64,000 nt of DNA from Deltaproteobacteria bacterium (GTDB lineage: Bacteria; Myxococcota_A; Polyangia; Polyangiales; Ga0077539). This document shows, piece by piece, positions 1 through 10,174 of this stretch (the stretch's first letter is position 1; every line of letters starts with the position of its first letter). The notes under the pieces are model-generated. The model saw only the letters and a program-made list of their open reading frames with translations, ran no database searches and was not told where the DNA came from. The translations under genes and the position numbers were made by a program. Location: NCBI GenBank assembly GCA_016704445.1, contig JADJAE010000151.1, positions 26,099 through 90,098 of the forward strand, read 5' to 3'.

Positions 1-734
1 GGGTAGGTCGCCCCGTCGCCCACGGTCACTCCCGCGGCCGCCATCCCGCTTCGCAGCGAGTCGGCCACCGCGCTCGGGAGGTGGGAGACGCCTCCCAGGT
101 CGCGGCCGATCAGGTCGATCTCCGGGCGCAGCGGCCACGTGGGCTCCACCTCGGGCTGATAGGCCCGGCGCAGGCTGGTCACGATGTGCTCGTCGACCTG
201 CACGTCGACGTCGCGCGGCGCGTAGGTGTGGAGCATCAGCATGGCGCCCGAGGGCATGGTCGCCGCGACGGCCGAGCGCACCGCTCCGACGTAGGCCTCG
301 TAGCGCGCTCGCAGCAGGGCGCGGTCGGCGGGGGCCGTGACCCAGGGCATCAGCCCGGGGGTGACCTTGCCGGCCTTGAAGTCCTCGGCGGAGGCGTCGA
401 TGCGGCGGTTGCAGTCCATGAAGGTGCGGGGGATGCGGCAGCGCAGGAGGACCACCGAGCGCGAGGGGTCGAGGGCGACGAAGCGCCGCGCCGTGGCGAG
501 GCCGAGCTCCGGTGCGCCCGCGTCGGTGTTCACATGGAAGAAGTCCGAGAGCCCATCGGGCAGCGGGCTCTCCATCCGTGACGCCACGCGGGTGAAGTCC
601 GCGGTGCGCGTCGCCCCGTGGGGAATCTCGATGAGCAGGTCGGGCGCCGCTCCCTCGCGGGCCCGCTCTCCGCGGAGGACCTCGATGTCGACGACGTCGG
701 CGATGGAAGACGCGATGGAGCTCGATGGGGTCAT
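1..734 (-). CDS. N-formylglutamate amidohydrolase (FGase) family protein; the 3' end runs off the left edge
   Basis: Not in the ORF track because there is no stop in the window. My own minus-strand translation from the ATG at 734..732 reads MTPSSSIASSIADVVDIEVLRGERAREGAAPDLLIEIPHGATRTADF...VVLLRCRIPRTFMDCNRRIDAS...MLMLHTYAPRD. The HG...DCNR pattern looks FGase-like. The frame stays open to position 1. Confidence 0.5.
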   Translation of the reverse strand, partial: MTPSSSIASSIADVVDIEVLRGERAREGAAPDLLIEIPHGATRTADFTRVASRMESPLPDGLSDFFHVNTDAGAPELGLATARRFVALDPSRSVVLLRCRIPRTFMDCNRRIDASAEDFKAGKVTPGLMPWVTAPADRALLRARYEAYVGAVRSAVAATMPSGAMLMLHTYAPRDVDVQVDEHIVTSLRRAYQPEVEPTWPLRPEIDLIGRDLGGVSHLPSAVADSLRSGMAAAGVTVGDGATY

Positions 735-773
735 GGCGGGGAGGGAGGGTAGCGCAGCCGCCGCGCGGCGGGA

Positions 774-1739
774 TCAGCTCTCTTCCACGGAGAACACCGT
801 GTCGCGCAGCCCGTGGCGGGGCGCGTAGCCGAGGGCGTCGCGGGCGCGGCGGTCATCGACCATGCAGACGTATCGGATGTGGTCGAGCTCCGGCGCGGGG
901 AAGCTGGAGAGCCGGTAGCGGAAGAGCTCGGAGAGCATCGAGCGGGCGGCCCCGTGGGGGATCGGCAGCCGCGGGCGGCCGAGCATCTTCAGGATGCGGG
1001 AGAGGGGCACGGGCTCGGGGCCGGCGAGGTTGAAGATGCCTCGGGCGCCGGGGCGGAGGGCCATCACCACGGCGCGGGCGACGTCGTCGAAGTGGATCAC
1101 CTGGATCATCGGGTCGAAGCCCATGAGCGTCGGCGCCACCGGGAGGCGGAGGTAGTTGCTGGGGGCGTTCTTCACGGCGCCGAGGATGTGCGTCGGGCGG
1201 AGGATCACCGTCTCGCAGCTCGGGTGCCTCCAGAAGAAGCTCTGCGCGAGCATGTCGACCTCGATGAGGTCTCGGATCTCGCTGAAATCCTGGCTCCCCA
1301 GCAGCGGGGACTCCTCGGCGAGGAACTGCGGGTTGTCGGGCCTCGGGCCGTACACGCTGGCGCTGGAGAGCACCACCAGCTTCTTCACCCCGAACTGCGC
1401 CATGGACTCCAGCATCTTGCCGAAGCCCACGACGTTCCAGGAGTGGTGGTCGTTGGCCGAGGCGCGAGGGTCGTGCATCACCCCGAGGTGCACCACGGCC
1501 CTCACGTTGCCCGCGCGAAACACGTCGCGCATCTTCTTGCGCCTCAGGTCGATGCGAAGGTGGGTGACGTCCTTCGGGCGGTCGGGAAACTCCCTCCGGT
1601 CGACCCCGATCACCCGCACCATCCGGTGCAGCAGCCGCACCACCCGCTTGCCCAGGCGCCCCACCACGCCGGTCACCACCACGGACTCGTCGCTGCCGAT
1701 CGCCGCGGACAGCACCTCCGTCTCCTCCGCTTCGCTCAT
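774..1739 (-). CDS. NAD-dependent epimerase/dehydratase (extended SDR)
   Basis: ORF 774..1931, trimmed to the internal ATG at 1739 (MSEAEETEV...). Rossmann motif VVVTGVVGRLGKRV, then LVVLSSASVYGP. The ATG overlaps the upstream stop (ATGA at 1736-1739). Confidence 0.8.
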   Translation of the reverse strand: MSEAEETEVLSAAIGSDESVVVTGVVGRLGKRVVRLLHRMVRVIGVDRREFPDRPKDVTHLRIDLRRKKMRDVFRAGNVRAVVHLGVMHDPRASANDHHSWNVVGFGKMLESMAQFGVKKLVVLSSASVYGPRPDNPQFLAEESPLLGSQDFSEIRDLIEVDMLAQSFFWRHPSCETVILRPTHILGAVKNAPSNYLRLPVAPTLMGFDPMIQVIHFDDVARAVVMALRPGARGIFNLAGPEPVPLSRILKMLGRPRLPIPHGAARSMLSELFRYRLSSFPAPELDHIRYVCMVDDRRARDALGYAPRHGLRDTVFSVEES

Positions 1740-2941
1740 CGCTCGGCTCCTGCGTCGTCGAGGGCCTCGATCACCAGGGGCAGCTCGCGGTCGAGGTCGT
1801 TGGGCCAGTGCGGCGCGAAGCGAAGCAGCCCGTCGGGGCACGAGGTGACCACGCCCCGGGCCGCGAGGGCCCTGGACCACCAGGGCGCGTCGCGCGCGTC
1901 GCCCGCCGGAGGCCGCACCCCGAGGATGCACGACCGCTGCTCGACGCCCGCTCCTCGGAGGCTGTGGAAGCCGCGGTCGACGAGCTCCCGCTCCAGCGCG
2001 TCGAGGTAGCCGTTGACGTGGCGGTGGATGTTGCCGACCCCGAGGGAGCCCAGCATGTCGACGCTGGCCTCCAGGGCGGCGCAGCCCACCGCGCTGAAGG
2101 CGCCGCCCTCGACCAGTCCCGCGTCGGTGCGGAAGGGGCGGTCGTAGCGCAGCAGCTCCGGGCCCTGGAAGAGGAAGGAGAAGGCGTCCTGGTGGGAGAT
2201 CCAGCCCGCGAGGTGGGGGCGCATGGACTTCGAGAGCTCGCCCCGGAGGTAGAGCATCCCCGCGCCCTCAAGGCCCATCAGCCACTTGTGGCCGCCGCTC
2301 GCGAGGGCGTCGATGCCGTCGGCCTCCACGTCGATGGGGACCGATCCGCAGGCCTGGATGGCGTCGACGAAGAGCACGCCGCCGACGGCGCGCACCCGGT
2401 CGGAGATGGCCCTCAGCGGCATCCGCAGCCCGCTCTGGAACTGCACCGCGCTCACCGCCGCGAGCCTCAAGCCCCGGGCGCAGACGGCGTCGACCTCCTC
2501 GAGGAAGCGGGTCGGATCGGTGCGGGCGAGGTCGGCGTCGATCCAGGAGAGCTCGAGGCCGTAGAGCTCGGCGGCGCGCTGCCAGGGCGTGACGTTGGCA
2601 GGAAACTCCGTGAGGAAGCAGAGCACCCGGTCGCCCTTCTCGAAGGGGAATCCCATGGCGACATGGGTGACGCCGAGGGAGGTGTTGGGCACCAGGGCGA
2701 CCTCGCCGGGCTGGGCGTTGAGGAGCGCTCCGAGCTTCGCCCGCAGCCGATCGCGCTGGTCGATGGTGGCGCCGAAGGCCCCGGCGCCGCGGCGGGCGTA
2801 GTCGCCGAGGAGCCCGATGACGGCCCGGCGGGCGACCAGCGAGGGGGGCGAGATGGCGGCGTGGGCGAGGTACGCGCGGGCCTCGAGGTCGGGGAAGAGC
2901 GAGCGGTCGCCGAGGCGCGGTGCGAGGGGGGCGAAGGTCAT
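1736..2941 (-). CDS. Class V aminotransferase / cysteine desulfurase-like PLP enzyme
   Basis: ORF 1736..3139, trimmed to the ATG at 2941 (MTFAPLAPR...; an alternative ATG lies at 2983). PLP-lysine motif SGGHKWLMG. Overall class V pattern (AVSAVQFQSG, VLFVDAIQ). Confidence 0.8.
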   Translation of the reverse strand: MTFAPLAPRLGDRSLFPDLEARAYLAHAAISPPSLVARRAVIGLLGDYARRGAGAFGATIDQRDRLRAKLGALLNAQPGEVALVPNTSLGVTHVAMGFPFEKGDRVLCFLTEFPANVTPWQRAAELYGLELSWIDADLARTDPTRFLEEVDAVCARGLRLAAVSAVQFQSGLRMPLRAISDRVRAVGGVLFVDAIQACGSVPIDVEADGIDALASGGHKWLMGLEGAGMLYLRGELSKSMRPHLAGWISHQDAFSFLFQGPELLRYDRPFRTDAGLVEGGAFSAVGCAALEASVDMLGSLGVGNIHRHVNGYLDALERELVDRGFHSLRGAGVEQRSCILGVRPPAGDARDAPWWSRALAARGVVTSCPDGLLRFAPHWPNDLDRELPLVIEALDDAGAER

Positions 2942-3022
2942 CGTCGGTGCGCGCGACGGTACCAGAGGTTCCGCGGCTGGCATCGCCCTGGCCGATGGGG
3001 TAACCGATAGCCCTTCCAAGCC

Positions 3023-4033
3023 ATGAACCCATTCGACACGCTTCGGGCGCTCTACGCCACGCGACCGGTGATCCTCGCCCCGATGGAGGACGTCACCGAC
3101 GTGGTCTTCCGCCGTCTCTGCCGCTCGGTGGGCGCGCACTTCTGCGTCACCGAGTTCGTCAACGTGGAGGGCCTGCTACGGGGCTGCCGCACCGCGAAGC
3201 GCAAGGTGCAGATCGCCGCCGACGACACGCCCACGGTGATCCAGATCTACGGCAGCGACCCCTTGCGGCTCGCGGAGGCCGGCGACCGTGGCCGAGCGCG
3301 CCGAGCCCACGGCCATCGACATCAACTGCGGCTGCTGGGTGCCCAAGATCGCCGGCCGCGGCGCCGGCGCGGGCTGGCTGCGCGACCCTGGCGCGATGGT
3401 CGCCATGGCGAAGATGGTGGTCGAGCGCGTGGCGCTGCCGGTGACGGTGAAGACCCGCATCGGGTACGGGCCCGAGAGCGACATGCCCATCGTCGACCTC
3501 GCGCGGCGGCTCGAAGACGCCGGGGTGCAGGCGCTCACGGTGCACTGCCGCACGGCGCAGATGGGCCACTCCGGCGCGGCGGACTGGGACTGGGCCCGCA
3601 AGGCCCGCGAGGCGGTGTCCATCCCGGTGGTGGTCAACGGCGACATCAAGTGCGCCGACGACGCGCGCCGCGCGCTCGCCGAGACGGGCTGCGCGGGGGT
3701 GATGGTGGGCCGCCGCGCCATCGAGCACCCGTGGATCTTCCGCGAGGCCCGCACCCTCCTCGACGAGGGGGTGGAGTGCGCCCCGCCCACCTGGGACGAG
3801 CGCATCGACCTCTGCATCGAGCACCTCGCGGCCAACGTCGCCGAGCGCGGCGAGCGCCACGGGGTGGCGGTCACCCGCCGCCACCTCACCGGCTACCTCA
3901 AGGGCATCCCCGGGGCGGCCACGCTGCGCCAGCGGCTGGTGGTGACCGACACCATGGCCGCGTGCGTCGAGCTGCTGGAGGAGTCGCGGCAGCGCCGGGC
4001 GGCGGCGCGCTCTCATGACATGGAGGCCTCGCT

Positions 4034-4037
<4 letters not shown>
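3023..4037 (+). CDS. dus: tRNA-dihydrouridine synthase with a broken reading frame (single-base indel near 3280-3283)
   Basis: The N-terminus (MNPFDTLRALYATRPVILAPMEDVTDVVFR...VIQIYGSDP) lies in ORF 3023..4018. The remainder (ERAEPTAIDINCGCWVPKI...VTVKTRIG...LTVHCRT...VVNGDI) lies in ORF 3288..4037. Removing one G from 'gccggcg' joins them as ...LAEAATVAERAEPTAIDINCGC. Confidence 0.85.
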
Positions 4038-5389
<1,352 letters not shown>

Positions 5390-5475
5390 CGGTGGTTTAG
5401 CCGCTGGGGCGCGTCAAGCGTTGCGTCGGCCGCCGATGCCTCGACGCTCGTCGGACCGGGGAGTATTTTTCGGTC

Positions 5476-5715
5476 ATGGACGCAATCAGGATCCGGTGCC
5501 ACATCGATTCGACGACGATAGAGATCCCGGATCTCGTGGATTTTCTCGGCCGCGACGTGGAGGTCATCGTGCTGGGCGAGCGCGAGTCGCGCGAGGATGT
5601 TGCGGAGCGCCGCCGTCAGATGCTCGGGTCGGAGCGTGACGGGATCAGGGTTTCCCCTGACTTCGACCAGACCCCGGTCGATGTCATCGAGGAGTTCGAA
5701 CAGGGCGGTCGGTGA
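5476..5715 (+). CDS. Type II antitoxin, VapB-like partner of the PIN toxin
   Basis: A 79-aa ORF overlapping the downstream PIN gene by 4 nt (GTGA). The acidic C-terminal tail ...IRVSPDFDQTPVDVIEEFEQ is typical of PIN-associated antitoxins. Confidence 0.6.
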   Translation: MDAIRIRCHIDSTTIEIPDLVDFLGRDVEVIVLGERESREDVAERRRQMLGSERDGIRVSPDFDQTPVDVIEEFEQGGR

Positions 5716-6122
5716 GGCTCCTGCTCGACACCCATGTCCTGCTCTGGCTGTGGCTGGAGCCCGAACGCTTGCGCCCAGACGTGATCGACGCGGTCACCGA
5801 CGCTGCGAACGACGTCTTGCTGTCCGTCGCATCGGCGTGGGAGATCTCGATCAAATCCGAACTCGGAAAACTTACGCTCCCGGGACCCGCGGCGCGTTGG
5901 CTCCCGGCCAAGCTCGCATCCTCGGCGATTCACGTGCTTCCGATCGAGATCGATCATGCGTTGCGGGCGGGGGCATTGCCGCCCCATCACCGCGATCCGT
6001 TTGACCGCATGCTCGTTGCCCAGGCGATCGAGGAGCGGATGCTACTCGTGACGGCGGACGAGGCGATCATTCCCTATGGCGCGCCAATGCTGTGGGCAGG
6101 ACGGACGGCCGCGGCGCCGTAG
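5712..6122 (+). CDS. vapC: PIN-domain ribonuclease toxin VapC
   Basis: MRLLLDTHVLLWLW..., SAWEISIK and HHRDPFDRMLVAQA give the acidic PIN residues in canonical spacing. 136 aa. Confidence 0.85.
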   Translation: MRLLLDTHVLLWLWLEPERLRPDVIDAVTDAANDVLLSVASAWEISIKSELGKLTLPGPAARWLPAKLASSAIHVLPIEIDHALRAGALPPHHRDPFDRMLVAQAIEERMLLVTADEAIIPYGAPMLWAGRTAAAP

Positions 6123-6137
6123 GGTCCGCCCGGGCGC

Positions 6138-6470
6138 TCAGAGATTGCCGAGGATCTTCCTCTTCAGTCCCGCGGTGATCGGGTAACCCTCGATCGTCTT
6201 ACGAATCTCCTGACGAGTGTGGCCGGTTGCGATCAGCCCGATCACGACCGACGCGAAGATCTTCTCCAGGCCATATTCAGCCACGGCATCGGCGACGAGT
6301 GCCAGGATACCCAGCATCGCGAGCCCGCCGAACATGCCGAAAGGGCCGCCGAGTGCCGCCAGGCCCACGACGATCGCGGCGCCGCCAGCGACTCCACTCG
6401 TCGCGATGACCACGAGAAGAACCAACCCGGGAACGCCGAGGGCCACCAACTTCTGAACGACCTTGTCCAT
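6138..6470 (-). CDS. Small glycine-zipper membrane protein, function unknown
   Basis: 110 aa. Two hydrophobic Gly-rich segments (GVPGLVLLVVIATSGVAGGAAIVVGLAALGGPFGMFGGLAMLGILALVADAV). AGGAGG lies 7 nt upstream of the ATG. Lower GC than the flanks. Confidence 0.6.
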   Translation of the reverse strand: MDKVVQKLVALGVPGLVLLVVIATSGVAGGAAIVVGLAALGGPFGMFGGLAMLGILALVADAVAEYGLEKIFASVVIGLIATGHTRQEIRKTIEGYPITAGLKRKILGNL

Positions 6471-6550
6471 GCGTGTTCCTCCTGAGCGTGTTGAACCTCG
6501 ACTCCGGGAGATCGACTGCGGACCATGGCGCCGCCGAATCTAGTTCGAGG

Positions 6551-6673
6551 CTACTCGCTTCTCTTCTTATCTTCTTCGCGACGGGCACGGGCCCCGTCGT
6601 TGGCACCGCTGATGGACGAGCCGATGGACATGCCGACGAGCAACACGACCAACAGGATCACGACGAGTCCCAT
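6551..6673 (-). CDS. 40-aa single-TM peptide with a charged tail
   Basis: Internal ATG of ORF 6551..6859: MGLVVILLVVLLVGMSIGSSISGANDGARARREEDKKRSE. AGGAGG lies 4 nt upstream. It sits between two co-oriented genes. Confidence 0.45.
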   Translation of the reverse strand: MGLVVILLVVLLVGMSIGSSISGANDGARARREEDKKRSE

Positions 6674-6764
6674 GACGCCTCCTCCCACAGATGGATCAAC
6701 CGGCCCTACGGTGCCGCGCTCCGGCCTCGAAAACGTCGGTCGTGGCTTGGGGCCGCCACCACGC

Positions 6765-7229
6765 TCAAGGCTCGATGTGCCAGACCCACGTCTTCGCCGC
6801 GACCTCCGTCGTTGACATGACGTGTGCCCGGGCGTGCCGCCCGGACTTGTCGTTGCCATCGTCCATCCGGTCCCACACGTCCTTGCAGGGAACGCTCTCG
6901 GCGGGAGACTGAAGCCCGATCTTGTCGCCGCCCACCACCGGCGACGACGCCGCCAGGATCACATGGAGTCCCATCTCCCGGATCTCGTACTTTGCGGCGA
7001 ACGAGAAGCTCTTGCGGTTCAACGAAACGGCGTCGGACGTCTCGGGCGCGATGTCGCCGAAGGGCCAGTTGTCGGCGTTGTTGTACGACTCAACGCGGCG
7101 CATGGAAAACTTCGTCTTGTTCTGCACCACGAGGACGTAGCTGTTGCGCTCGCTCATCGAGATGATGGTGCGGATGACAACGTCAATGAGATCGCCCGCC
7201 GGTTTCGAGATGTGCCCGATGATGCTCAT
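6765..7229 (-). CDS. Hypothetical 154-aa soluble protein, possibly a beta-sandwich cytolysin or lectin fold (weak)
   Basis: ORF 6765..7304. I prefer the ATG at 7229 (MSIIGHISKPAGDLIDVV...) because GAGGGAG precedes it and the 7304 ATG has no RBS. No catalytic motif recognised. An N-terminal amphipathic stretch is followed by alternating beta-like segments (YVLVVQNKTKF, FSFAAKYEI, LHVILAASSP). Confidence 0.55.
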   Translation of the reverse strand: MSIIGHISKPAGDLIDVVIRTIISMSERNSYVLVVQNKTKFSMRRVESYNNADNWPFGDIAPETSDAVSLNRKSFSFAAKYEIREMGLHVILAASSPVVGGDKIGLQSPAESVPCKDVWDRMDDGNDKSGRHARAHVMSTTEVAAKTWVWHIEP

Positions 7230-7352
7230 GCTGATCGCTCCCTCATGCTGTTCCCGCCGCTCCGATTCGTCGTGATGTTCGGCGTGACCTGTGCCCGAGC
7301 CCATACATCGTTACTGTGTATCTGTCACTATCGCGAACCTGTGCTCCACGCC

Positions 7353-7721
7353 ATGCCCGTACGCATGGCACGTCGAGCCCGGCGACAGACGATCGAGGAG
7401 GTTGTGCGCATCCGCCTGCGCGAGCTCCGCGCGTCCCGGGGGCTCACGCAAGAGCAGCTCTGCGAGAGCGCGGGCGTGAGCGTCGATGCCGTCAATCGCA
7501 TCGAGAGCGGGACCCGCGTGCCGACGATCGCCACGCTGGCGAGTCTCGCGACGGCCCTTGGCGTCGAGGTCGGTGATCTTGTTCGGACCGAGGCCATGCC
7601 TCCCGCGCGGTTCAAGCCGCCGGTGCAACGCATTGTCGCGCAGCTCGCGTCGCAGCCGGAGGAGATCCAAGACGCGGCGGAGAAGTTGGTGCGGGTGTTG
7701 GTCTCTGTCGCCCGGAGTTGA
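7353..7721 (+). CDS. XRE-family helix-turn-helix transcriptional regulator
   Basis: Internal ATG of ORF 6822..7721. IRLRELRASRGLTQEQLCESAGVSVDAVNRIESGTRVPTIATLASLATALGV is a canonical Cro/C1 HTH. Divergent from the 6765..7229 gene, with a 123-bp spacer. Confidence 0.85.
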   Translation: MPVRMARRARRQTIEEVVRIRLRELRASRGLTQEQLCESAGVSVDAVNRIESGTRVPTIATLASLATALGVEVGDLVRTEAMPPARFKPPVQRIVAQLASQPEEIQDAAEKLVRVLVSVARS

Positions 7722-7879
7722 ACTCGCGGAGCACGTCGAGGCGTGCGGCAGGGCGGCGTCCTGGGGCGTGCGGACAGACCTCAGGCGATCGCGCTCGACG
7801 AGCGGGGTCAACCATTGGCGTCTCGCGTCGGGGTAGCGCTGGAACACTTCCCCGTCTCGACGTAGCCTCCCGTCCCACG

Positions 7880-8998
7880 ATGAAGAAGACCCGATGGTGG
7901 GCGCTGCTGGTCCTGGTGCTGGCAGCAATCTGGATGTCCCCGCTCGCCGCGCTCGCGCAGCAGACCGGCGGCAGCTTCGGCGGCTCGCGATGGGGCTCCG
8001 GCAGCTCCGGCTCGTCGGGCTCACGGCCCTCGTCGTCGGGCTCGTCGTGGTCGCGGCCCTCGTCGTCGGGCTCGTCGTGGTCGCGGCCCTCGTCGTCGCC
8101 GTCCTACGGCGGTGGATCTTCCTACGGCGGCGGCTCCTACGGCGGTAGCTCCTACGGCTCTCGCACCCGCAGCAGCGGCGGCGGCTTCGGGGCCTTCTGC
8201 TGCATCGCGTTCTTCGTGCTCATCATCGTGGTGATCGTGGTGATCGCCCAGAAGAAGAGCGGCGGCGGCCGCGCGATGGCGCCGTACTACCCCCCCGCGG
8301 GTGGTCCGATGCCGATGCCCCCGGGGGGGATGGAGACCTTCGCGGTCGGCGTGCTGGCGATCGCCTTCGACTCCCGGGCGAGGGCGCAGATCCAGGCGGG
8401 CATCGCGCAGATCGCCGAGCGCAGCAACATGGGCGGCAACGGCCTGCCCAACGCCGCGCGAGAGACCGCGCAGCTCCTCTCCCAGTACCTCGACGCCGCG
8501 TACATGACACAGCACGCGCTGAGCGAGGGCATCGCCATGCAGACGGCGCAGCAGTACTTCGACGCCGCGGTGAGCGACGCCCGAGGGCGCTTCATCGTCG
8601 AGACCATGCGCAACGACGCGGGCGGAGTGCGCAAGGTCGAGGGACCGAGGGTGACCGCGAGGGCCGAGGAGGGCGGAGGCTTCGTGGTCGTCACCATCGT
8701 GGTGGGGCGCCGCGGAGGGTTCTTCGGGTTCCAGCCCCCGACCAGCCGACCGATGCTGGCGCAGGATCTTCAGACCATCCTCCAGGGCGACGACAACCTC
8801 AACGCCATGGAGGTCATCTGGCAGCCGGCGGACCCCAACGATGTGATGTCCTCGGCGGAGATGGCCCAGGTCTTCAAGGAGCTTCGGCCCATCGACCCCG
8901 ACCAGCGCGTGCCCCGCCGGGCCTGCGCCTACTGCAAGAGCGTCTTCGCTGCCGAGCTGCCCGCCTGCCCCAACTGCGGAGCGCCCACCAACGGGTGA
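7880..8998 (+). CDS. Secreted or membrane Gly/Ser-rich protein (DUF1517-like) with a C-terminal zinc ribbon
   Basis: ORF 7718..8998, trimmed to MKKTRWWALLVLVLAAIWMSPLAALAQQ (signal peptide). A GSS-rich repeat region is followed by a TM segment (FGAFCCIAFFVLIIVVIVVIA), a soluble domain and a terminal CAYCKSVFAAELPACPNCG. Confidence 0.65.
   Translation: MKKTRWWALLVLVLAAIWMSPLAALAQQTGGSFGGSRWGSGSSGSSGSRPSSSGSSWSRPSSSGSSWSRPSSSPSYGGGSSYGGGSYGGSSYGSRTRSSGGGFGAFCCIAFFVLIIVVIVVIAQKKSGGGRAMAPYYPPAGGPMPMPPGGMETFAVGVLAIAFDSRARAQIQAGIAQIAERSNMGGNGLPNAARETAQLLSQYLDAAYMTQHALSEGIAMQTAQQYFDAAVSDARGRFIVETMRNDAGGVRKVEGPRVTARAEEGGGFVVVTIVVGRRGGFFGFQPPTSRPMLAQDLQTILQGDDNLNAMEVIWQPADPNDVMSSAEMAQVFKELRPIDPDQRVPRRACAYCKSVFAAELPACPNCGAPTNG
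8026..8100 (+). repeat. In-frame 30-bp tandem repeat, about 2.5 copies
   Basis: ggccctcgtcgtcgggctcgtcgtggtcgc occurs at 8026-8055 and 8056-8085, with a partial third copy. It encodes RPSSSGSSWS repeats. Confidence 0.9.
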
Positions 8999-9032
8999 CC
9001 GCCGCCGCCGCGTCGTTGCCACCCATCATCAC

Positions 9033-10118
9033 ATGGGATATTCGACGCGGACCATGGCCCCTGTCCGCGCATCCTCCTGGCTCGCCTCGACCCTCCTCCT
9101 CGCGCTCGGCTGCTCCAGCGAGGTCGCCAATCCGAACCCCGTAGATGCAGGCACCGACGCCCCCGCGGTCGATGCCCCCGCGGTCGATGTTCCGGTCGAT
9201 GCCGGCCGCCCGATGCGCAGCCCGCAGGCCATCTTCGGGGCCTGCGACAGCGCCGCCGAGTGCCGCGACGGCATGACCTGTCGCCGCGCCGCCGACACGG
9301 GTCTCCCCGGGGGACAGTGCAACCGCGAGTGCACCCGCGACGACGAGTGCGTGCTCTTCCTGTCGGGAGGAAAGCCCATCGACGGCTTCTGCCAGGCGGC
9401 CGACCGCGAGGGACACCGCTACTGCGCCCGCGTCTGCGCCAACGGCATCGACTGCGAGCGCGACGGCTACACCTGCCAGGGCATCAACGCCGGCACCATC
9501 AACGCCGTCAACATCTGCATCCCGGTCTGCACCGCCACGAGCTGCATCGACGGCACCGTGTGCGACCACGAGTCGGGCCGCTGCCGCCCCGCCGCCGCCC
9601 CCGCCCCGACGGGCCGCACCCTCGGCCAGTCGTGCGTCGCCAACGCCGACCCCGCGATGACCCCCGCCACCGTGTGCCAGTCGGGCCTCTGCAACCCGCA
9701 GGTGACCCGTGACTCCACCGGCGCGCCCTTCCAGACCGGCAACAACGGCGGGTTCTGCGTCAGCCGCTGCATCCTCCCGCAGGGCTACAACTCCTCCAAC
9801 ATCTGGACGGACATGGAGCTGCCGCGCAGCAACTGCCCCGCCAACGGCATCTGCTTCATCAGCCGCACCTTCGCCGAAGGCGACCTCGGCACCTGCGTGC
9901 AGTCCTGCACCGAGGACAGCGACTGCCGGGTGAGCGAGGGCTACGCCTGCCGCAAGACCTTCCGCGTCACGGCCACCCGCACCCGAACCTTCACCAACGG
10001 CTTCTGCGAGCCCTTCGACTGCGCCGCCACCGGCGCCCGCGCCTGCCCGACCGGCTACACCTGCCGCCGCAGCATGAGCGGCACCACGGTGGTGGGCGAT
10101 TGCGTCCCGAGCACTTGA
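9033..10118 (+). CDS. Cysteine-rich lipoprotein
   Basis: Lipobox LLLALGC, a DAG/APAVD linker, then many Cys in C-x-D/E-C-type modules (CTRDDEC, CANGIDC, CTEDSDC). An alternative start lies at 9054. Confidence 0.75.
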   Translation: MGYSTRTMAPVRASSWLASTLLLALGCSSEVANPNPVDAGTDAPAVDAPAVDVPVDAGRPMRSPQAIFGACDSAAECRDGMTCRRAADTGLPGGQCNRECTRDDECVLFLSGGKPIDGFCQAADREGHRYCARVCANGIDCERDGYTCQGINAGTINAVNICIPVCTATSCIDGTVCDHESGRCRPAAAPAPTGRTLGQSCVANADPAMTPATVCQSGLCNPQVTRDSTGAPFQTGNNGGFCVSRCILPQGYNSSNIWTDMELPRSNCPANGICFISRTFAEGDLGTCVQSCTEDSDCRVSEGYACRKTFRVTATRTRTFTNGFCEPFDCAATGARACPTGYTCRRSMSGTTVVGDCVPST

Positions 10119-10174
10119 GTGTGAACATCCTTCGCATCCCTTCACCGCCCCACCGCCATCCCCCGAGGAGCACC

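Noticed and set aside
7230-7352. LexA/SOS-box-like 'tactgtgtatctgtcac' in the divergent promoter region
   Set aside because: It is two direct CTGT repeats, not a CTGT-N8-ACAG palindrome. It does not resemble the deltaproteobacterial LexA box I remember.
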